64,000 bases of DNA from assembly GCA_009103225.1 (NCBI GenBank), contig RHPI01001715.1, positions 186,001-250,000 on the forward strand, written 5' to 3'. Of this stretch, positions 1-12,905 are shown piece by piece. Positions within the stretch are counted from its first letter, which is position 1. Each line of letters starts with the position of its first letter. This stretch comes from Chlorokybus atmophyticus (Eukaryota; Plantae; Mesostigma and Chlorokybus algae). The position numbers and the translations under genes were made by a program. The notes under the pieces are model-generated. The model was given only the letters and a program-made list of their open reading frames with translations. It did no database searches and was not told the origin of the DNA.

Positions 1-200
<200 letters not shown>

Positions 201-993
201 CACACTCACACGCGCTCGCACACACACGCAAAGCTGAAACAGCCCCTCCCCATTTAATCATTACACCATGACAACACCTGAGGGGCTAGCTATGGGGATT
301 AGTTATGTGCAATGCAAGACGGGAAGGCGCAACGGTTGAAAAGGGATGTGAGATTGACGCAAGCCTGCCTTGTGCTCTGCCTGTACATACAATGCGGACT
401 GCAAAGGGCATGCAACCGTCATCGCAACATTGGTGTGACTGCGTTGCGACTGCCCTGTGCTTGCGCACAACTCATACACGACTCAAATATTACATCACAA
501 CACTTCACCATAACCTAAACCACCGCATCACTCGATAGCACTGTTAGGTTGCGCTCATGCGGACCATCTCCTTATATGATTCTGATCTCTGGCAGACGCC
601 GATGCCTTAATAGAGGCAAAGACACTGGCAGAAGAGGTGTATAACATATAGGGTGCATTGACATTATGAGCATTGACAAGCATGTGCCTTGCAGCGCAAT
701 GCTCATGCTGCGTGCGCCTCCTATAGCGACAGCATCTTTTGCTACTATGTAGCCTGGCGGTTGTGGAACCCTCCTGGTGCAATCAAACTGGTTGTCTGCT
801 GTGAGTTTTTAACTGCCAATCAAATGGCTGTCTTATGCATGCTCACATTTGCACCTAGCAAGCCCTGTACACACAACCTTTGAATGTCAAGTTGGTGTGG
901 GTGTGAGTGAAAGCATTATTATTGTTGATGGGCACATTAAACCGGGAGTGTATCAAAGGCAATTGGGGTTTGCGTTACCCCATGCTTAGATGC

Positions 994-1151
994 ATGTTGC
1001 TTGTATACCAGTCAATTCTTACACTAATAACCAAGTACTCAAAGCAACACCCCATGCGGATCTCTATATATTTAGATGTTGCTTGTATACCAGTCAATTC
1101 TTACACCAAAAACCAGTACTCAAAGCAACAACCCATGCGGATCTCTATATA
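994..1151. repeat. 82-bp direct tandem duplication (2 copies)
   Basis: atgttgcttgtataccagtcaattcttacac...gtactcaaagcaaca.cccatgcggatctctatata starts at 994 and again at 1076. Confidence 0.9.
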
Positions 1152-1611
1152 CATATTTTACCCACAAATAATGCCCCCGCAAGCAAATGCTCAATACAGG
1201 TATGGCCAGGCAGGGACACAAGTGCTCCGAACCTGGCGCGTTCCATTACACTGCCCCGCGCTCCACAACAGGTTGCTATGCACGTTATGTCTAGCAAACT
1301 TTGTTATGCCCAGCAACCGTGTGCAGGTGCATGGGCAAAGGAAGTTGCATAATTGCATGAGTCAATCTACCATGCCGGTGGCTACAATATCAGAGCTAGA
1401 AACAATAAATGGGCATGCACAAGATCAGTGCAACTGGTACCATATGTACAGCGGCTTAACATGCATATCCGTACACTAACTAGACAACCGAGAATGCTGA
1501 GCCACCCCACAATATAGGGTGCATCGGTGCCAATCAACATAGCAACCATCACCACATGGCTCATGGCTCGATGAAAGTCCACAGATGAAAGCTCCAGAGA
1601 CCGCAGACGCG

Positions 1612-4600
1612 CTAGTCATTGTTTGCATCTTCCTGGGCAAGCTTCTCATTTAGCATTGCGTTTAATCGGCGTTCCAGTTCCACATTCCGCTGCTTCATTG
1701 ACTGATTCTCTTCCATTAGGGAGGCAACCTGTGAGTGCACCCATTGTCTCCTTCAGCACAATGGTCGCGCATCGCATCATGAAAGCAAGCAATTGCAGCA
1801 AGGATGCAAGCAATGAACCTGTTGCTGAAGCTCCTGTATCCTCTGCAAAAGCTCCAACTCGTTGTGCACATCAAACATCCCAGCCCGGCCGCGCATGGCC
1901 AGCATATGCTGTGTGTCAAACTGCTAACACCATTGCTGTTGTTAGATAGACATGCAGAGGTACTGACCAGCATGATGCACGATGAGCAGCAAAGCTACAA
2001 CAACATGTTGCAGCATCACTTACATGCAGTGGAGGGAGCTGACGGATGGGATGCCCATCTGCGCCAGGTGCAACGCCTGTTCCAGACGTCAATGCGCCAA
2101 TCAATGTATTCAGCGTCTGCTGCTGCTGTGCGGAGGCTTCAAGCAAGCTTTGCAGCTGGCAGAAAGCATACACACAGTCAATTACTGTTTATTGTTGCAT
2201 CATTGCAAAGCAACACGATAGCCCAACAAAGAGAAACAATCACACTGTGCATGGCACATGGGCGGTACATCACATTTGTTCAGACCTGGGGCATGATTTG
2301 CTCCGGAGGCATAGATGACTGATGTGACAGATTTGCAGCCGCCTATGCATCAAGCTGCGGTTAGCAATGGTCTCTTTAACGCGCCCATGTAACAAAAACA
2401 TCAGACGCCTACCTGTGCCTGCGAATCGTACTCTGCCTGTCTTACAGAGCTGGAGGCAACCAGCGGAGGTGTGGTGCTTCGGGCCTAACACCACAGGCAA
2501 GTAGGTCAGGATCAACTGCTGGCCATGCATTGCATTCATAAAGCTTGTCTGACTGTCAAACGCAACGCAGATGGCATGCAACCTGAGGGAGAGGCGCGCG
2601 AGACGGCACATCATTGACCGAAAGGGATTTATGGAGGGAGGTGCTTGATTTTAAAGTGGGTGACGATGGGCTTGGCTGATCATCACTGGTCACAGAGAAG
2701 CGACCACGTCGGACACCCTGGGACGCTGCCTGAGACATGGCCTGCATCGCGACCTCTGCGCGATCGTCATGAGACTCGGGCGATAGCAAGGGTCCGTCAT
2801 AAATGTCAAACCTTCCGCGATGCTGAGGGGCCTTGGCCACTTGCACCGGAGGGCTGGGAGCAGTGGGGGCACGCCTGGGTGCCATGCCCTGCGGCACACC
2901 TTGTAGCACACCTGGGGGAAGCATGCGGGCCTGCACATGCAACACTACAAAATGAGCGCCAATACAAACAGACAGCCACTGACAAGGCCTGTCCTACAGT
3001 GCACGCAACTCATGTCTGACTAAGTGGTTCCTTATAACTAGCAGGGGCAGAAGCTGTCCACTAGAAGCAATTGCATTTGAACCACTCTCAACATTCACAT
3101 CTTTTACTCATCTCCACAGGCCAATGGTCAACAACCACAACGACCACGACGGGCAGTAATGGACAAAGTGAGCCCATACACATGTGATTTGAGACAGTGT
3201 ATGTTGGTTGCTGCTGAACGAAGCCAGTCTCGAGTATGGGTGAATGGGATCATGGTGCAATAGTGTGCAAGGGTCGCACAGGCATGCAAGAGTGTGTTAC
3301 CGCATCAAACGCCTGAGGTGGCGGTGCGAGCTGAGCGAGCTGTGCAGACTGAGCTGCTTGCAGCTCATCGGCTGGCTCTTCGGGAATGGTCGCCGGGTGA
3401 CGCTCAATCAACTCACCGGATTCATCCAGGTTTGCGGCCTCCTTCTTTAGGTCGTCCAAGTCAAAGTTCCACCCTGAAATACCCTTCTGATAATTTTCAA
3501 GCGATTTCTGCTGCTCATCTTCTGGAGGCCCGCCCCGCATAGCTGCCACCAACTCCTTTTGCCTTCGCACACGTTCACCAAGAGAGGGGAGCCCTTCGAG
3601 CAACGCCTTCACCAGGTAGTCTGAACTGTGCGCATGCTTGAAGAAGCTCATTTTCAACAACTTCTCTGCCGAGGGTCGCTTTGCGGGGTCTTTCACCAGG
3701 CACTTGTCCACCACCTCCCTAAAGTCCTTGGAAAACCGACCTTTGTGTCCTTCCTGCTGCAGTGTGGGCGGTGCACCCTGGAGTGTCATCAGCAGCACCT
3801 TCATTGGAGGATACTTTGAGAATGGTGCATGCCCGTGCGCCAACTCGAGGCACGTGATACCAAAACTCCAAATGTCGGCTCGCCAGTCATAGCCGTGCAC
3901 CTGCGCAGTTGCAAGCTTATGAGAACCTGCATGCTGTCAAACTGTGGGACAGCAGAAGCGCATGCACGTAATGTGAGCAGCATACCTGCTCCATGACCTC
4001 CGGTGCCATCCAATGTGGAGTTCCCACAAAGGTTTGACGCTGCATCTTGCGATCTGCGCCCTCCGCTAACGCAGCCGAAACACCAAAGTCTGCCAGCTTC
4101 ACGGTGCCGTCCAGGTCGACCAGAATGTTGCCGGCCTTTATATCACGATGGATGTTGCCTGATCTATGGAGGTAGTCCAAGCCCTTCAGAGCCTCCTTCA
4201 GTATCGTTGCAATCACTGGCTCTTTCAAACCCTGTCCAGATATGTACTGTGAATGTGCACCCACGGGTCGTTACAACTATTGTGCAACGCGTCGATGCTG
4301 TCATCAAGCTTACTTGATAAACACCCAACAGACTACACCGATGCTGCTGTGTCAAGAATGCAACTAACTGTCGACCAAACGTCTAACTTGTCATCCATGT
4401 AGCTGCATACATATCCGCCCTTGCAGTGCTGACTTGCAGCTTGATCGGACAAAAGCTGCATCCATACATGCATGCATACATGTATACATGCATGCATGCA
4501 TGCATGCGTGCATGCATGCGTATAGCGCGACGTGACACCGATGACATGCCTGAGGGTAGGCATATTTCATTATGTGAAGGACAGATCCAGCGGCCAGGTA

Positions 4601-4921
4601 GGGCATGACGATGTAGAGGAGGTGACCCGTGATGAAGGAGGCCAGGGCCCGCACGACGTTGGGGTGGTTAATCATGCTCATGGTGAGAGCCTCCTTGCGC
4701 ACACCGTCCAGCGACCCCAGGCAGCGCTCCAGGTCCATCACCTTGACAGCGACCGTCTCGTTGAGAGGGACGCATTTGGCCTTCCAGACAACTGAGCTGA
4801 CGCCTGTACCGCTCTCCTCAAGCAGCACATAAGCGTCGGCTGTGGTGGGGTACATTTTCCTGCCGTCGCTTGCGCTGCCGAGCGTCAAAGAGCCGGCGGA
4901 CGGCATCGGGTGCAGCGCCAT
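1612..4921 (-). CDS. STE20-family MAP4K Ser/Thr kinase (plant BLUS1 / OSR1-SPAK-like), about 10 exons
   Basis: Spliced exons give GTGVS loop, [32 protein letters not shown] and [20 protein letters not shown]-terminal exons give RGRFDI/RGRFSV motifs (2580-2935), [12 protein letters not shown] and a coiled coil [37 protein letters not shown] ending at TAG 1612-1614. Exon structure between 2935 and 3300 is unresolved. Confidence 0.92.
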
Positions 4922-5020
4922 GGCTGCAGCCCTCGGCCTTTACAGCGGCGGGTGGTCCGCAAAACCCTCGCCCACCACCACCACCAGGCTGCCGCTTACC
5001 CCTTCTCTAACCTCTCAACC

Positions 5021-5279
5021 AAACCCTAATCACAACGCAGCAGCTGCATGCGGCTCCATAGCACGCCGTAGACAGCAAAAAGAGGAGGCGACAACAGCGC
5101 GCAGGCTATTCTCCTAACCACCACGGCTACCACGCCACGCCCGGCGCCAACGGCACCGCCGCCGCCCAGCAGGCGTCCCGTTCACCTGCAAACAGGGCTA
5201 TGGCTGCAGGGTGGAGAGCGAGTGCGCACAGCTTGTGCGCCATCGCACATCGCAAGCGCACAAACCCTAACCCTAAAAC
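5021..5279. promoter_or_regulatory. Telo-boxes (AAACCCTAA) in the divergent kinase/PRP18 promoter
   Basis: aaaccctaa at 5021-5029 and aaaccctaaccctaaa at 5262-5277, between ATG 4921 (-) and ATG 5344 (+). Confidence 0.6.
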
Positions 5280-5343
5280 TTGGGAGTAGGAAGTGTCGTA
5301 AGAAAGCACACGTGGCGGTGCCGGTGGCGGCGGCGGCCTAGGC

Positions 5344-7663
5344 ATGGACAAGCTGCGGGAGGAGCTGGAGCGCAAGCGCAAGGCTATACATGCCGAGTTT
5401 GGTGGAAAAAAGTACGTAAAGCGCGCCGATATTGAGGCCAAACGGCTTCAGGAGCAGCGGGGGAAGGAGCAGCATGAACGGGAGCTCAAGGTGAGACGCA
5501 CGCAGCTTCTGCGTTGTCTGGATCTTTGTGCAAACGCCACCCCTGTATCAAATTTCCTTTGTGTCCTCAGCCTTCTTCAGATCATCGCTGTGAATAGCTA
5601 CCGTTGTAGGTAAAAGCACCATGCGCCATGTCACGTGCGTGCACATGACCTGGTATGCGAGCCCCAACGAGCGAGCACTGAATGCTTGCAGCCTGCATGC
5701 TAGTCAGCTGCGCCACTTGACACTCAGCGTTACACGCGCGCAGCCGCGAAAAGATGTGCTGGTGTTTGTTAGTTGTTGGGCGTATTGCATGACATTTGCT
5801 CTTGCTGTGGATTTGTCTGCGTCCATAGCAGCAGCGACTGACTTGCGTTTCGTGCTATTGGCAGGAGCAACGGCACAAAGAGCGACTTGGCGATGTGAGT
5901 TACGCTGCTCATTGCAAGTTGATACGAACTGTCTGTGCTGTCATCGCCAATACTATCTCGGACCGACTGCACGCACTGCTGCTGTGAACTCCCTAGCTTG
6001 TAGATTGCGTTGACCACCTTGTGCACTTATTGTTTTGCACTGCCCTCAACATATGACTTGCAGAGCGGTGCTGTGAGCAGCGGCGACGAGGGTAAGACAC
6101 AGCCGGGCAGTCTACGGCTGCGATCTGATGATGAGGTGAATAAAGATGCTGCCAGTGCAGTGCCTTTGTGCACGTCGTCAGATGTTCATGGTTATCATTC
6201 GAATAGGGTCATGGCGATGGTGAGGAGGAGAAGCTTACCAACACGGAGGTCATTCGTCGCCTCCGCCTGCTCGAGGAGCCAGCCATCCTCTTTGGAGAGG
6301 CATGTTCCAATGTTAAACATTTCAGTGTGCAATAGCTGTAAACCTATTAGCATGTTTGGCTAGATACTCGTAGCGGGTTACACAGTGACTGACACCTGTA
6401 GCATGGTACAGAACGAGGAGCAAAGGCGCCAACGGTTGCAAAGGCTCACGGATGAGCGGCAGGCGCAAGATTCGGGGTTGATGAAGGGGCAGCGTACTGA
6501 CTTTTTTAGGACTATGGCAGAGCTCGCTAATGCAAAGCAAGAGAAGCGGGATAAGAAGGACAAGAAGGGTAAAAAGAAAGATGCCGTGCCAGCGGTGGCT
6601 GGCCCCGACACGGAGGCCGACGCAGCTGCGGATGAAGCTGCAGCTGCTGAAAAGGCCAAAAAGTTTGCGAAGCTTAAAGAGAAGAACCTGGACACTCTCT
6701 GCAAAGAAGACCGCGTCATGTTCTTCTTCAAGGTACCAGCCCTCTACAGCGTGCAGATGCTAAGCAGTATTGCATGCTGCTGCATTGCTGCTGATGGTTG
6801 TCTGCGCGACAGCAAAAGATGGCAGAGTGGGAAGAAGACTTGGATGACAGGCCGGAGGCAGAAAAGCGGACAGCTAATGGAAAATCTGCGACAGCGACGC
6901 ATATGCAGTGCAAGTCTTATTTCAAGCCACTGTTCAAGGCATGTCGTCAGCGGGTATGATGACAATGATGCAACATTGCATTGAGCGCAATGGTTGGCCC
7001 ACATTGCATGCAAAGGCTTTGTGCAGAGCAAGCTGCTCACTTGTCTTGTGCAGAATGTTCCAAGCGATATTCTGCGGGCACTGGACGACATGATAAGAAT
7101 GTTGCAGAAGCGCGATTACTTGCAAGCAGCTGATACATATGTCCGCTTGGTAAGTGTGTTGTCTTTCAATAATACTTTGGACAGCGGCGAACATTACGGA
7201 GCTCATCGTCTAATGCATCAGGCCATTGGTAACGCTCCTTGGCCTATTGGTGTCACTATGGTTGGTATCCACGAGCGATCTGCGCGAGAGAAGATTCACT
7301 CCACCTCTGTGGCCCGTATCCTGCTGTGGATTGGTTGTGTCGTAATTCTTGTTGTGCCTGCATTGCATCGCTGTGGTGTTGATATGCAAGTCGACTGTTA
7401 CATGCAGTCGGTGCGTTGCATCCCGTTGTGATGTGTATGCACAGCAGCACTCAATACCTGCTGTCATGGTTTCCCCTTGACCCTTGCTTGCAGATGTCAT
7501 GAACGATGAAACCACGCGCAAGTATCTGCAGTCTGTCAAGCGAGTCATGACCTTCTGCCAGAGGAAGTACGCGGCGGATCCATCTAGATGCATGGAGTAC
7601 AATGCAATTCCGGACCCCATCGCACACTCAGAACCGACGCTTGCTTTGGAGAATGGAAATTAA
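5344..7663 (+). CDS. PRP18: Pre-mRNA splicing factor 18, multi-exon
   Basis: Exons give MDKLREELERKRK, EVIRRLRLLEEPAILFGE|NEEQRRQRL, YFKPLFKACRQR|NVPSDIL, AIGNAPWPIGVTMVGIHERSAREKI and HVMNDETTRKYLQSVKRVMTFCQRKY. Stop TAA at 7661-7663. Confidence 0.95.
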
Positions 7664-8692
7664 GGCTGACGAGTTGAAGTCCTGTACGTTACAGCTGCTG
7701 GATGGATGTTTTATTGCTTGGCACCCTTTTAGTTTGCAACCGTGACTGACACAGGCCAGTCTATGTGAATATGCAGCCCATAGCTTCACAATTAGACACT
7801 TGGCTCGTGCGCTGGTGGCCAATGGTCATTGGCATTCATGGCATGATGATTATGTTGCGCTATGTACCTCTTGCACATAACATGTTGCTGTCATGTGGCA
7901 CTGCATATGTCTCAAAACTGATAGCCCAGCTGTCCTTGCTTGGATGCATTGCACAAGACAGTGACTGATCAATTGGGTATGATTTCTGTACGTTGTGTGG
8001 CTGTCTTGCTGTGCCCCTACAACCCTGCGACTGTCGCCGATGCACTGATGGCACAGGTTTGGCCTGGTGAATAGGATATGCGAGCTGCGCAATAGCGGAC
8101 GCTGCTGGTTATTGTAAGGTGTTGTTGTGGTGATGCTGGCTGTTGTTGTTTGTAGACAGGTTGTGTATTGCGCATGGTTGTGCCGGGTTCTTAGGCATGG
8201 TTATTGGACTGTTGTTGTAGTAATTTGTTTGATTTGGTGGTGACAAATGGAGTTGTGCTGCACAGTAGCGTCCATGTTGGCACTGGTGCATGGCTTCATC
8301 AGCCTTGCCATATGTGGACAACATCAGACGACAGCCTCCCATGCACCTCTGGATGCAGCACTGAGACAGCTTCATACAACGCCGCGCGCACAACCAATTA
8401 CCTACAAAGCACAAATCCATGCTCGCGAACAACTGCAACAGAATGTCACAAATGCGAAGCAATCGTGCTGATAACAGATCACACTGTGATGAGCATAAAG
8501 AGAACTGTTGCTAGCGGCAGCTACATCTGGGCAGTGCCTCCAATTCAACGCACTGCAGCGAGAGTGTCTACCACTAAGTTGGGGGGTTGCAATACACAAG
8601 GACGATGATTATCGTGATGGTCCAGCGCGCAATCTTGCTAACATCTCAAGGCAATGTTCTGATCTGTTCTGTTGTTGCTCTGTTCCAACTGC

Positions 8693-9379
8693 TCAATCGC
8701 TCTTTCGCCGGAAGGAGCAGCCCTCAGTGAGGCGAGCCCTGCCGCCGGTAGGCTGGCAGAGGACTGTTGAGCAGGAGCCGCAGATGACCACGGTCTGCGA
8801 ATGGCTGAACACGGTGGTGATGTTGAAGCAGCCTGCGCACTTGACGTCCATGAAGAAGCTGTTCGGCGACTGTACTAGCCGCTTCAACTTGTGCTTCTTG
8901 GCCTCCACGTCCGCAGGCGGATGCAACAGATCAATGTCCGCAGCCAACACCTGAACCGAACAAGAAAGGGATGTTAGAGCATTAACAGTTTCAAGCCAAG
9001 TGCAGTCGCAATTCCGAGAGCAGCAGGACGCCGAAACAAGCAGCAGCATGATAGCAGCATAGCGCACACCAGCTCAATTGGTGACAAACGGCGAGGAGCA
9101 TGAGCGATTGACACAAAAGCACATTCAACTTCACCACTTGGGGTTTGATTTGATGCAAAGCAAAGAAACCAGGCAGAAAGCAGCACGCAAGCTCCGGGTA
9201 CATGGTGAGCACGCATGAAACGCTGAGGATCGTCAAAACAACATAACAACACAGCCGAATCCAACAGATAACATCGGCAGCAGGCCCAGCAGGCTAAGCA
9301 AGGGCGACAACGCAAGCTCTGGCAGTCACCCGACGGCAGCACCACCCAGGCGGCAACCCAGCCAATCCGCACTTACCAT
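8693..9379 (-). CDS. RPS27: 40S ribosomal protein S27 (eS27), 86 aa
   Basis: ATG-only coding first exon (9377-9379, followed by gtaagt). Exon 8950-8693 gives [85 protein letters not shown]. Confidence 0.98.
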
Positions 9380-9549
9380 CTTGGCGAGACGTCCAGACAA
9401 CCACGTAGCAAAGCGAGAGTGCTTCCCAGCAACCTGCCGCTGCGGCAACCGCTGCGGCAAAGGGCGTCAACGGCGGCGGCGGCGGCGACGTCGGCGAGAA
9501 AGAGGGCGTAAACAATGTCGCCGCGCCTGCTAAGTAGAACCACCTGTAT

Positions 9550-9691
9550 GCCGTCCGATCTGCAAGTTGGCCCATCGGACGGCCGTTGATCCCTTTCCGC
9601 GGCCCCTCAGCTCAACAGAAGCTTCCCGTAAGCCGCGGCTAGGGTTAGGGTTTGATACAATTAGGGTTAGGATTTGGCGGAATTAGGGTTT
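9550..9691. promoter_or_regulatory. Bidirectional promoter: site II motif inside a 10-bp inverted repeat, plus three telo-box-like motifs
   Basis: gccgtccgat (9550-9559) and atcggacggc (9574-9583) are inverted. GGCCCA lies at 9569-9574. TAGGGTT(T) motifs lie at 9640-9653, 9661-9671 and 9682-9691. Confidence 0.6.
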
Positions 9692-9755
9692 GGGCGGCAA
9701 GCGGCGTTGCTGTCGGTGTTATTGTCGGTGGCGTCGTGGCACTGCGTGCCACGCA

Positions 9756-11809
9756 ATGGGGTCGTCCGGGGAGTCTGGGGAGATTGAGGAGGGCGCCTTG
9801 ACTGAGGTTGAGGATGACGACGAGGAAGGCGAGGCTGACTTGACCGTGCAGATCCTGGAGAAGGCTCAGAGGCGCCGCGAGGAGGCGGCAACAGCGGGGC
9901 CTCCTACCCTGGAGTTCGTTGAGGATGCTGATGTTGATGATAACGTTGTTGTCGTTGAGAAGGAGAACATAATTGCGAGCATTGACGCAGCGCGCGAGGT
10001 GGTTACGCCAGGCAACAATGACGCCGTTCGGAAGCTTTTGGTAAGCAGGTTGTTTGCTTCCCCACCTAGGCTGTTTAATCGGCGTCATTAGTATCTGGTG
10101 GTTACAACGAGGGTATCCTTGCCTGGTGGTTAAGCCAGGCAGCAATGAGCAATAACAACGCACATGCACATTGCTTCACGACAATGTGCATTACTAGGAA
10201 CGCATGCACATTGTCCATGGTACGCATGCACCACAATGTGCATGCGCTATTTTGATCATCATAGACGCGTGCATGGTAGTATTCTGCTCGTTAATTCCAA
10301 ATGACGCCGGTTAGCAGGTGATTGACTCTAGGAGAAGACATCGTACTGGCTGACTTAGTAGCTCTTTGTCCGCAGCGCCCATGCATTGACACAGTTCATG
10401 CAGGCGCGCATGCATTCACAAAGTCCATGCATGGGCGCATGCATGGGCGCAACCTTCAATGTTGCATTGGTTGCATGACATGTATAAGCGCATGGCTCGC
10501 AAGGCCAGCGACAACAACTTGCATTCAGCAATTTGCTCTTCATACGTGTGGTCCATCGAATTGATGGACTGACTGTGCATTCCATACAGAGGGCCCCCCG
10601 CTACTTTGATTCCCCATCAGAGCAACAGTCAGCTGAGCCACGCTGTTACAACTGTGGTGAGACAGGGCACATGGCGCGCGCGTGCACTGCGGCCAGGAAG
10701 GAGAGGCCATGCTTTCTTTGCGGTCGCATGGGCCATCAGAAGCAAGTACGCGTGTGGAAAATGTACTATTGCTTGCTCGTGCAGTTGATTGTTTTACAAC
10801 TCTAGCATTGAATGCCATCTTACACTTGGCCACTGGTACTGCGTCACAGGACTGTCCTTACGGACTCTGCTTCCGTTGCAAAAAGCCGGGCCACCAAGCG
10901 CGTGACTGCTCTTCAAGGGCTGCTTTATCTGTAGATGAGAGGCTTTGCATCTGCTGTGGGCGATCCAGTCATACGTACAGGGAATGCAGTTTTAAGTACT
11001 TGCAGAAGGACCTTGCGGTGAGTGGGGGCCCAGGCGCGCTTGCGGCGGTGGCTTGCGGGGGCATTGCTGCAGCGACATAACAATGTTGACATGTTGCAGC
11101 AAGTTGAGTGCTACATATGCGGAGAGCGCGGGCACCTCGCGTGCCACGATGGCCCAGCAGGTTTGCCCTCCAAGTCTTGTTACAACTGTGGTGGCTCAGG
11201 TCATTGCGGCGAGGTGCGTGTGTTGATCTATCTTCTTGGTGTAAGGTGTAAAGGCTCTCTGCCTAGCAGCTGTGATAATGTTTGTCTTCTGCAGGACTGC
11301 CCTGCACCAAGGCCCCGCGATCGCTCCTTTGGCGGCATTGGCTTTGGGCGAGCTCGCGATGATGCGCGAGAATGCTTTCGTTGTGGGGAGGTGGGACATT
11401 TTGCCAGGGAGTGCACAACATTGTCAGGAGGGGCAAGCAGTAGTAGGCGCTATGAGGTACGTCCAGTTTCTCCAGCAATGTGTGTGTTTGCCACGGCATG
11501 CTTGCAGAGTTGGTCAGCAAGCGCCAGCAATTTGTTTGTGTTCGACACATGTCTCTCCTTCCGCAGAGCTTGTCCACAGACCGCATCCAAGCTGCTGCAG
11601 ACAGGATTATGTATGGGGACCCGCAGGGTTTTCACATGCAGCCTGCACAAAGTTATTGGGGAGGTGCCCACATGGCCTCGACAAAGCAATTGAGGTTCGA
11701 GTCTCCCAGCGAGTATGCTACAGAGCAAATGTCGAGGAAACGTAGTGGCTATAATAGAAAAGACGACGACGACCACAGACCTTTCAGCCGGCGGCACAGC
11801 CGTCGGTGA
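9756..11809 (+). CDS. Multi zinc-knuckle (CCHC) protein, AIR1/2-ZCCHC7-like, 6 or more exons
   Basis: Acidic N-terminus, then VRKLL|RAPRYFD and about 7 C-x2-C-x4-H-x4-C knuckles (CYNCGETGHMARAC, CFLCGRMGHQKQDC, CFRCKKPGHQARDC, CFRCGEVGHFAREC, etc.). Confidence 0.85.
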
Positions 11810-12905
11810 TGGTATGTCTCTAGTAGTGCATATGCTGTAAATATTGTATCCCTACCATCAGCTCTTGTTAGTACCGGAAAGCTCTGGTACAGTGCGTGCA
11901 TGAGGCGCATGTAGTTGCAGCCCCAGCATATACAAATGCCCTGTATGTCTTTGGTACACAGGCGGGCAAGGTAAGGTAAGGTATGGGTGTTGCCTGCAAT
12001 CAGTAGGTAGTCTAGGGGTGGTGCATTGCGCCTGTCTGCCAGATTGGTGTGCGGGCTGGTGGCCATATAAACAGGTGTCAAGCTTTCTGTCATGAGTTGT
12101 GTCACGGGTATTCCCATTCCCTTTGGCTTGCTGATCTCTTTAGTATTGCGCAACACGAGTATCGTGTGGAGTAGAAAACAGTTGAAACCGACATATAAGT
12201 CGGCATGAGCGTGGCAAGTAACAATTGACAACCACAACCCGCGCTTCCTCATTCGCCCACATGTGACGATACTTCTTTGCTTCAACAATGTCATGATTAT
12301 TGTAGCTGGCTTGATGTCACTGATGACAACCGCATCAAATTGCCAGTGAGGCGATGTTGTGCGGGTGGAGGCTTAATGGCTCTATACATCATAAATAGGC
12401 AGTGGAGGTAAAACACACACCTCTAGTTGGGACGTCAGGCTTCAGCCACGAGTCACAGGCCAAGGGTGGATGTGTTGTGCGGCATGCAACAAAGCAGGCG
12501 AACGGACAGGTGAGAAGCAGCAACCAATCCCAGATCTTGTGGGTGTCGCAGGGTGAACATCACACCGTACCATACCCCTTATATACACTCGGGCATGTTG
12601 TGTGCTTTCCTTGAGACATGCGCTAGAGTGAAAACACAAATTCGAAACAGAACATTGCAGGACGAACAAATGGATGACTCAATGGCAGTGGCTTGGATGC
12701 TCCCACTCAGGCCTCACGCTACTAGTTGAGCAGCATACATGACAGCATGCACCTCACCTCCGCAACTCGGATTGAGTCGGAGAACATTGCAACGCGAGCG
12801 TACAATCAAAGATGAACTCCACGCACCGCTTGCAGATTGCAAGCGGCGTCGCGTATACGTGCGTGCATCCGCCACATCATTGTGCGCTGATGGACACACC
12901 TCCTC

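Noticed and set aside
6939-6953. Apparent second GC donor in PRP18 (AAG|gcatgt)
   Set aside because: Homology supports reading on (PLFKACRQR) to a canonical gtatga donor at 6954.
9377-9379. ATG-only first coding exon of RPS27
   Set aside because: Tiny first coding exons are common in ribosomal-protein genes; not novel.
11692-11707. tRNA T-loop-like GGTTCGAGTC
   Set aside because: It lies inside a coding exon (LRFESP) with no cloverleaf around it. No tRNA or rRNA gene was found in the window.
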